This document shows, in pieces, positions 18,818 through 24,771 of a DNA stretch of 24,771 nt. Within the stretch, counting starts at the first letter, position 1, and the number at the start of each line of letters is the position of its first letter. The DNA is from Methylophilaceae bacterium (lineage in GTDB: Bacteria; Pseudomonadota; Gammaproteobacteria; Burkholderiales; Methylophilaceae), in contig JBFIDU010000001.1 of NCBI GenBank assembly GCA_041603755.1, positions 1 to 24,771 on the forward strand. Direction: 5' to 3'. The notes under the pieces were generated by a model. That model made no database searches. It had not been told where the DNA came from and saw nothing but the letters and a program-made list of their open reading frames with translations. Position numbers and translations under genes: made by a program.

Positions 18818-18973
18818 ATGCGTGAAAAAATAAAACTAGAATCGACTGCTGGTACTGGTCATTTCTATACCACTACGAAAAACAAGCGTACCATGCCAGA
18901 AAAAATGGAAATCAAAAAATTTGATCCTGTTGCACGCAAACATGTAATGTACAAAGAAAACAAAATTAAATAA
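18818..18973 (+). CDS. rpmG: 50S ribosomal protein bL33 (cysteine-free form; not in the supplied ORF track)
   Basis: Hand translation: [51 protein letters not shown] (51 aa); SD AAGGAG. Confidence 0.98.
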   Translation: MREKIKLESTAGTGHFYTTTKNKRTMPEKMEIKKFDPVARKHVMYKENKIK

Positions 18974-18994
18974 AGCTGCTTGCTTGTTTTATAT

Positions 18995-19018
18995 AACCCG
19001 CCTAGCGCGGGTTTTTTT
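18995..19018 (+). terminator. Rho-independent terminator after rpmG
   Basis: AACCCGC-ctagc-GCGGGTT followed by TTTTT. Confidence 0.85.
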
Positions 19019-19049
19019 GTATTCAAAATCTAATAATCAATCAATAGAA

Positions 19050-20483
19050 TCATAATAAGAATATAGTCGCTAGCCCTAAGAAAATAAAGAACCCGCCACT
19101 ATCGGTCATAGCCGTGATTAATACACTAGAGCCAACTGCTGGATCCTTACCAAATTTATTCATAACCAGTGGGATTACCACACCCATTACCGCAGCCAGC
19201 AATAGATTCAGTGTAATCGCTGCTGTCATTACAAGACTTAAGCGGTAATCACTGTAAAGCATATAGGTAATGCCTCCTAAGACACCACCCCATAACAAAC
19301 CATTAATAAGCGCCACACCTAGCTCTTTATTCAATTGAGAGCGCATGTTACTGCCAGAAATTTGTCCTAAAGCCAAACCGCGCACAATCATTGTTGTGGT
19401 CTGATTGCCAGAATTTCCGCCGATACCGGCGACAATTGGCATCAATGCCGCTAATGCAACGACCTTACCAATTGATTGTTCAAACAATCCGATGACCCGA
19501 GATGCAATCAATGCTGTAATTAAATTAATTGCTAGCCATGCCCAACGGTTTTGAACTGACTTCCATACCGTAGAGAAGAAATCCTCTTCCTCTCGAAGCC
19601 CTGCCATCGAGAGACGATCAGCATCCGATTCTTCTCGGATATAGTCCATTACTTCATCAACCGTTAAACGGCCTACTAATTTATTGTTCTTATCAACTAC
19701 AGGCGCAGTAACTAAATCATAACGTTCAAATGCTTTTGCAGCATCATCTGCCATATCTTCTGGATGGAATAACACTACATCCGCTGCCATGACATCTTCA
19801 ATCTTTTCATCAAGGTCATTAACCAGCATATTTGACAGCGGCAATACACCTTTAATATTATCTTCACGGTCAATGACAAAAATCTTATCGGTATGATCTG
19901 GCAATTGGTCAAGTCTACGCAAATAACGTAATGCAACTTCAATGGTAATGTCTTCCCTTACAGTAACAACATCAAAATCCATTAAAGATCCAACGGTATC
20001 TTCCGGATAAGATAATGCTGACTGTAGCCGCTCTCTATTGAGAACGTCCATGCTATCGAGCAAGTCTTGCAAAACATCTTTTGGTAAGTCTGGTGCTAAA
20101 TCCGCTAACTCATCTGTGTTTAACTGCCCAGCAGCGGCAAGCAGCTCCTCACTATCCATATCTGCAATAAGCGTTTGTCGCACAGCATCCGATACTTCAA
20201 GCAAAATATCACCATCTCGGTCAACCTTTACTAAATCCCAGAGGTACAAGCGATCATCAAGTGGTAAAGCCTCTAAAATATGCGCAACGTCAGCTGGATG
20301 CAATCCGTTTAGAATATTCTGTAGCTCTATTTGGTTTTGTCTTTGCACCAATGACTCTACCAGCTCATGTTTTGGCATTTCTTGCTTATGCACAAGATTT
20401 TCTACTAATTGATGCTTTTCTAGTAGAGAAACGACTTGATTTAGTGCTCCACTTAACCTATCTTTTGTTTCTTGTTCTGACAT
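19050..20483 (-). CDS. mgtE: Magnesium transporter MgtE
   Basis: HPADVAHILE N-domain, tandem CBS domains, RWAWLAIN, PIVAGIGGNSGNQT, DPAVGSSVLITAMTDSGGFFIFLGLA. Confidence 0.96.
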   Translation of the reverse strand: MSEQETKDRLSGALNQVVSLLEKHQLVENLVHKQEMPKHELVESLVQRQNQIELQNILNGLHPADVAHILEALPLDDRLYLWDLVKVDRDGDILLEVSDAVRQTLIADMDSEELLAAAGQLNTDELADLAPDLPKDVLQDLLDSMDVLNRERLQSALSYPEDTVGSLMDFDVVTVREDITIEVALRYLRRLDQLPDHTDKIFVIDREDNIKGVLPLSNMLVNDLDEKIEDVMAADVVLFHPEDMADDAAKAFERYDLVTAPVVDKNNKLVGRLTVDEVMDYIREESDADRLSMAGLREEEDFFSTVWKSVQNRWAWLAINLITALIASRVIGLFEQSIGKVVALAALMPIVAGIGGNSGNQTTTMIVRGLALGQISGSNMRSQLNKELGVALINGLLWGGVLGGITYMLYSDYRLSLVMTAAITLNLLLAAVMGVVIPLVMNKFGKDPAVGSSVLITAMTDSGGFFIFLGLATIFLL

Positions 20484-20568
20484 GCAGTAACCTTGTGTTA
20501 TATCATTGATAAAAGCAACCGTTATTATGATGGGTTTTTAATATTAACTAAATAGACCACTAACAATA

Positions 20569-20799
20569 ATGACACTCAAATTATTCACTACCTCTTATTG
20601 TCACCTCTGTGAAACAGCTAAATCCATTTTATTATCATTAGAACAAACACAGCATTTTTCACAAGTAGATATCTCAGATAATGATAACTTGATAGAGATT
20701 TACGGTCATAGGATACCCGTTTTGCAAAGAACAGATACCTTAGCTGAACTAAACTGGCCATTCACTACTAATGACATTATGACCTTTTTGAAACATTAG
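20569..20799 (+). CDS. Glutaredoxin-like protein (DUF836-type)
   Basis: YCHLC CxxC motif, VDIS, YGHRIPVL and ELNWPF; 76 aa. Confidence 0.85.
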   Translation: MTLKLFTTSYCHLCETAKSILLSLEQTQHFSQVDISDNDNLIEIYGHRIPVLQRTDTLAELNWPFTTNDIMTFLKH

Positions 20800-20810
20800 C
20801 ATCTGTTATT

Positions 20811-20837
20811 AAAAAAAAAGCCAGCGTTAGCTGGCTT
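20811..20837 (-). terminator. Rho-independent terminator of the alpha operon (after rplQ)
   Basis: Minus strand AAGCCAGC-taac-GCTGGC followed by T9. Confidence 0.88.
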
Positions 20838-20860
20838 ATATAATCATGTTGAAGATACTA

Positions 20861-21247
20861 CTACTCTGCTGACGTATCCTCAGCCACCTCAGGACGATCC
20901 ACTAACTCAACAAATGCCATTGGTGCATTATCCCCATTACGGAAGCCGCACTTCAAAATACGTAGATAGCCACCTTTACGCTCGAGGTAACGTGGACCAA
21001 GCTCACCAAATAGTTTTGTTACAACGTCACGATCACGTAATCGGTTAAACGCTAAACGACGATTAGCCAATGTAGCATCTTTTGCTAGTGTGATAAGTGG
21101 CTCTGCATATTTGCGCAACTCCTTTGCCTTTGGCAAAGTAGTTCTGATTACCTCATGACGAAGCAATGATACAGACATATTACGAAACATTGCTGCACGA
21201 TGACTGCTCGTACGATTTAATTTTCGATTTTGATTACCGTGACGCAT
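20861..21247 (-). CDS. rplQ: 50S ribosomal protein bL17
   Basis: [33 protein letters not shown] and GGYLRILK. Confidence 0.98.
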   Translation of the reverse strand: MRHGNQNRKLNRTSSHRAAMFRNMSVSLLRHEVIRTTLPKAKELRKYAEPLITLAKDATLANRRLAFNRLRDRDVVTKLFGELGPRYLERKGGYLRILKCGFRNGDNAPMAFVELVDRPEVAEDTSAE

Positions 21248-21279
21248 AGTAACTTCCTTAAACTTTTAAAATGTAGCTA

Positions 21280-22266
21280 TTAAGCTTTTTCAAGACCAAC
21301 TGGTGGCCAATTTTCCAATTTCATTCCTAATGTCAGGCCTTTTGAAGCCAAAACATCTTTAATTTCATTTAGTGATTTACGTCCTAAATTAGGTGCCTTT
21401 AACAATTCATTCTCTGAACGTTGAATCAAATCACCAATATAGAAAATATTCTCCGCTTTTAGGCAGTTTGCAGAGCGCACTGTAAGCTCAAGATCATCTA
21501 CAGGTCTCAATAGAATTGGATCTACTTGTGGCGCTGCAGCTTCTTCTTCCTCACTTGGTGCACCTTCTAGATTAGCAAATACAGATAGCTGACCCATTAG
21601 GATGGCTGCTGCATCGCGAATCGCCTGTTCAGGATCAACAATACCATTTGTTTCGACATCCATGATTAGTTTGTCCAAATCAGTACGCTGTTCAACACGT
21701 GCACTTTCAACTTGATAACTAACTTTATTAATCGGACTAAATGAAGCATCTACCATAATGAAACCAAGTGTACGATCTTCTTGGTTAACCTTTTCACGCG
21801 CAGGAACTGGTTGGTAACCACGACCCATTTCAACTTTTACCTCAAGGTTTAATGCGCCACCTTTAGTCAAGTGTGCGATCACATGATCTGGGTTAACAAT
21901 CTCTGCATCATGACCTGTCTCAAAGTCTGCAGCAGTAACTACGCCTTCACCTGATTTGTTCAGTGTTAAAATGGTCTCTGACTTACTATTTAATTTTAGT
22001 GCAACACCTTTGAGATTCAACAGAATGTCAACAACATCCTCTTGTACACCTTCAATAGTAGAATACTCATGTACAACGCCATCAATTTTCACTTCTGTAA
22101 TTGCATACCCTGGTATTGAAGACAATAACACACGGCGTAAAGCATTACCCAATGTATAGCCGAAGCCACGCTCCATTGGCTCTAATGTTACACGTGCTCT
22201 TAATGGAGTGATTTCTTCAACATTCACAACACGTGGTTTTAAATACTCTGTAGGATTACTTTGCAT
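21280..22266 (-). CDS. rpoA: RNA polymerase alpha subunit
   Basis: [49 protein letters not shown] and [12 protein letters not shown]. Confidence 0.99.
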   Translation of the reverse strand: MQSNPTEYLKPRVVNVEEITPLRARVTLEPMERGFGYTLGNALRRVLLSSIPGYAITEVKIDGVVHEYSTIEGVQEDVVDILLNLKGVALKLNSKSETILTLNKSGEGVVTAADFETGHDAEIVNPDHVIAHLTKGGALNLEVKVEMGRGYQPVPAREKVNQEDRTLGFIMVDASFSPINKVSYQVESARVEQRTDLDKLIMDVETNGIVDPEQAIRDAAAILMGQLSVFANLEGAPSEEEEAAAPQVDPILLRPVDDLELTVRSANCLKAENIFYIGDLIQRSENELLKAPNLGRKSLNEIKDVLASKGLTLGMKLENWPPVGLEKA

Positions 22267-22316
22267 AAAAGTCCTTGACCTAATTGGTTAATAAAAAGTG
22301 TAAATCTAAGCAAACA

Positions 22317-22946
22317 TTACTTAGAGTACAACTCAACTACCAATGATTCATTAATGGTTGAAGGCAAGTCATCACGTTGTGGTGCTGATTTAAATGTACC
22401 AGTGAACGCTTTAACATCAACTTCAAGCCACTCTGGAAAACCGCGCTCACCTGCAGCTTCTAATGCAGACTTAATGCGCAACTGTTTTTTAGATGCTTCA
22501 GCAACAGTAATAACATCTCCTGGTCTTACTTGGTAAGATGGGATATTAACGCGCTTTCCATTAACAAGAATTGCATTATGCTTAACAACCTGACGTGCCT
22601 CAGTACGTGATCCTGCTAGGCCCATACGATAAGCAACGTTGTCTAAACGGCATTCTAATAACTGCAATAAATTTTCACCCGTTACGCCTTTTCTGCGATC
22701 AGCTTCAGCATAGTAGCTACGGAATTGTTTCTCTAGCACACCGTAAATACGACGTACTTTTTGTTTTTCACGAAGTTGAACACCATAATCAGACAAACGT
22801 GAGCTACGACGCTGACCGTGTTGACCAGGTGGGAAGTTACGTTTTTCAATTGCACACTTATCAGTAAAGCATTTTTCAGCTTTTAAAAACAACTTCTCGC
22901 CTTCGCGACGACACTGACGGCATTTCGGATCTAAATTTCTTGCCAA
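22317..22946 (-). CDS. rpsD: 30S ribosomal protein uS4
   Basis: [40 protein letters not shown] and LVVELYSK. Confidence 0.99.
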   Translation of the reverse strand: MARNLDPKCRQCRREGEKLFLKAEKCFTDKCAIEKRNFPPGQHGQRRSSRLSDYGVQLREKQKVRRIYGVLEKQFRSYYAEADRRKGVTGENLLQLLECRLDNVAYRMGLAGSRTEARQVVKHNAILVNGKRVNIPSYQVRPGDVITVAEASKKQLRIKSALEAAGERGFPEWLEVDVKAFTGTFKSAPQRDDLPSTINESLVVELYSK

Positions 22947-22972
22947 GATAGTTCTCCAGTAATCTTTTTCGC

Positions 22973-23362
22973 TTAAATGCGACGTTTTTTAGGTGGGCGA
23001 CAACCGTTATGTGGAACTGGTGTCACATCTGTAATGCTGGTAATTTTAAAGCCAGCTGCATTAAGTGCGCGTACTGCAGACTCACGACCTGGTCCTGGTC
23101 CTTTAATTCGCACTTCTAAATTTTTAACGCCATTTTCTTGCGCTGTCTTTCCAGCAACTTCCGCCGCTACCTGTGCTGCATAAGGAGTACTTTTACGTGA
23201 ACCCTTAAAACCCTGCCCACCAGACGTTGCCCAAGATAATGCATTACCTTGACGATCGGTAATAGTAATAATGGTATTGTTGAATGATGCATGAACGTGT
23301 GCCACGCCTTCAGCAATATTCTTTTTTACTTTCTTTTTTACGCGTACATTAGCTTTTGCCAT
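22973..23362 (-). CDS. rpsK: 30S ribosomal protein uS11
   Basis: [32 protein letters not shown] and [13 protein letters not shown]. Confidence 0.99.
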   Translation of the reverse strand: MAKANVRVKKKVKKNIAEGVAHVHASFNNTIITITDRQGNALSWATSGGQGFKGSRKSTPYAAQVAAEVAGKTAQENGVKNLEVRIKGPGPGRESAVRALNAAGFKITSITDVTPVPHNGCRPPKKRRI

Positions 23363-23410
23363 GTTGTACTGTCCTTACAATTAATGTTCTTAAATTTATA
23401 ATAAATCGTT

Positions 23411-23773
23411 TTATTTAGATTGCTTAATTGGCTTGATTGGGCCTTTTCGTGTCCGTGCATTTGTTTTCGTACGTTGACCGCGCACAGGCAAACCTCTACG
23501 ATGACGTAAACCGCGATAACAGCCTAAATCCATCAAGCGCTTGATATTCATCGTCACTTCACGACGCAAATCACCTTCTACCGTAAACTTAGCTACCTCT
23601 TCACGTAACTTTTCCACTTCTGCATCATTTAAATCTTTTACCTTTGCAGTTGTAGCTACACCAGCTGCAGCACAAATGCTTTTAGCTGTAGTTTTACCGA
23701 TACCATAAATCGCTGTTAGCGCGATTTCTGTATGTTTATGATTTGGGACATTTACCCCAGCAATACGAGCCAT
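23411..23773 (-). CDS. rpsM: 30S ribosomal protein uS13
   Basis: [45 protein letters not shown]. Confidence 0.99.
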   Translation of the reverse strand: MARIAGVNVPNHKHTEIALTAIYGIGKTTAKSICAAAGVATTAKVKDLNDAEVEKLREEVAKFTVEGDLRREVTMNIKRLMDLGCYRGLRHRRGLPVRGQRTKTNARTRKGPIKPIKQSK

Positions 23774-23829
23774 ACTCTTAACTCCAAAATGAATCGCTAT
23801 TTATAGCGACCAAATAAAAAAAGCCTTGC

Positions 23830-23858
23830 ATTTTAACAGGTTGCAATTTGTTTTTCAA
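23830..23858 (-). promoter_or_regulatory. sigma70 promoter of the alpha operon (upstream of rpsM)
   Basis: Minus strand TTGAAA-17 nt-TAAAAT with an extended -10 TG (TGtTAAAAT). Confidence 0.75.
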
Positions 23859-23880
23859 ACAAAAAAGGCTAAGTTAACCA

Positions 23881-23994
23881 TTAACCTTGACGTTGTTTGT
23901 GACGTGGATCTGTACAAATAACACGTAACACACCACGACGACGCACTGTTTTACAGTTGCGGCATAACTTTTTAACTGATGCACGAACTCTCAT
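23881..23994 (-). CDS. rpmJ: 50S ribosomal protein bL36, zinc-ribbon (C+) form (not in the supplied ORF track)
   Basis: Hand translation: [37 protein letters not shown] (37 aa); SD GAGG. Confidence 0.98.
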   Translation of the reverse strand: MRVRASVKKLCRNCKTVRRRGVLRVICTDPRHKQRQG

Positions 23995-24069
23995 AATCAA
24001 CCTCTTTATTCAAAATACTTCAAACATATATGCGCAAATTTTACTCACACCTTCATTGCTACACCTTGA

Positions 24070-24771
24070 TTAGCGTGATGTAGCGCCGCCTTTGAAGTTC
24101 GCCTTTTTTAGCAAGCCTTCATATTGATGGGACATAAGATGCGATTGCACTTGCGCCATAAAATCCATCGTCACAACGACAATAATTAACAATGACGTGC
24201 CACCAAAATAAAACGGTGTATTAAATTTCAAACTTAAGAACTCTGGTAACAAACAAACTAAAGTAATATAGATTGCACCAATCAATGTCAGCCTACCCAT
24301 AATCTTGTCAATGTACTTTGCAGTTTGCTCTCCTGGTCGAATACCTGGAATAAACGCACCACTTTTCTTAAGGTTATCTGCTGTTTCTTTTGGATTAAAT
24401 ACCAGTGCGGTATAGAAAAAACAAAAGAACAATATCGCAGATGCAAATAACAAAATGTAGATCGGCTGACCCGGTGAAATTGCTGAAGACAAATCCTTCA
24501 ACCAATACATACTGTCGCTACTACCAAACCAACCTGCTAGTGATGCAGGAAACAAAATAATACTTGACGCAAAAATTGGCGGTATCACACCAGCCATATT
24601 CAGCTTCAATGGTAAGTGAGTTGTCTGACCACCCATGACTTTATTGCCCACTTGTCTTTTCGCGTAATTGACAGTTATCTTACGTTGTCCACGTTCAACG
24701 AAAACCACAAGCGCAGTAACTAAAACCACCATGACAAACAAGAAAACAACGAGTGGGATTGAAAAAGCTCC
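24070..24771 (-). CDS. secY: Preprotein translocase SecY, C-terminal part (5'-truncated by the window edge)
   Basis: [43 protein letters not shown] and [12 protein letters not shown]. The frame is open to the window end, so the listed ATG at 24741 is internal. Confidence 0.98.
   Translation of the reverse strand, partial: GAFSIPLVVFLFVMVVLVTALVVFVERGQRKITVNYAKRQVGNKVMGGQTTHLPLKLNMAGVIPPIFASSIILFPASLAGWFGSSDSMYWLKDLSSAISPGQPIYILLFASAILFFCFFYTALVFNPKETADNLKKSGAFIPGIRPGEQTAKYIDKIMGRLTLIGAIYITLVCLLPEFLSLKFNTPFYFGGTSLLIIVVVTMDFMAQVQSHLMSHQYEGLLKKANFKGGATSR

Noticed and set aside
20484-20568. Mg2+ riboswitch or leader peptide upstream of mgtE
   Set aside because: The 85-bp divergent spacer is too short for an M-box and shows no convincing structure.
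2300-23183. Remaining 60-124 aa ORFs antisense to or overlapping the M18 peptidase, AGCS, NSS, mutarotase, ilvD, GGDEF-EAL, cstA, metzincin-like, coaBC, dut, mgtE, rpoA, rpsD and rpsK genes
   Set aside because: They lie wholly or largely within well-supported genes and have no domain signatures or RBS support.
24045-24067. Mini-ORF ATG AAG GTG TGA (MKV*) with an AAGGTG SD-like repeat between secY and rpmJ
   Set aside because: It has three codons only and is indistinguishable from chance, although it echoes the usual MKV start of bL36.
1-24771. CRISPR arrays, tRNA/rRNA genes, integrases, transposases and further copies of the hemF element
   Set aside because: None were seen on reading. Intergenic gaps are short, with no regularly spaced repeats and no second copy of the CGCAGACAG core or the TATCCTC/GAGGATA ends. 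A manual scan could miss degenerate copies.

Overview
AT-rich (roughly 40% GC by eye) betaproteobacterial chromosome segment. A Nitrosomonadales/Methylophilaceae-like host is inferred from the ribosomal proteins and uS4 N-terminus, not proven. The window is mostly housekeeping: the purD 3' end, hemF, an M18 aminopeptidase followed by AGCS- and NSS-family transporters, a class I cytochrome c, a hexose-6-phosphate mutarotase, ilvD, a PAS-GGDEF-EAL protein, lgt, cstA plus ybdD/yjiX, radC, a putative metzincin-like peptidase, coaBC, dut, rpmB-rpmG, mgtE, a glutaredoxin-like gene, and the spc/alpha ribosomal operon end (secY, rpmJ, rpsM, rpsK, rpsD, rpoA, rplQ). rpmG and rpmJ are missing from the supplied ORF track and were read by hand. 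No transposase, integrase, tRNA, rRNA or CRISPR array was seen. The standout is a 126-bp palindromic, ERIC/Correia/RPE-like miniature element inserted in frame inside hemF. It adds 42 residues to an otherwise canonical enzyme, and its removal restores the normal loop length. Second is an unannotated 60-aa ORF behind a near-consensus sigma54 promoter.
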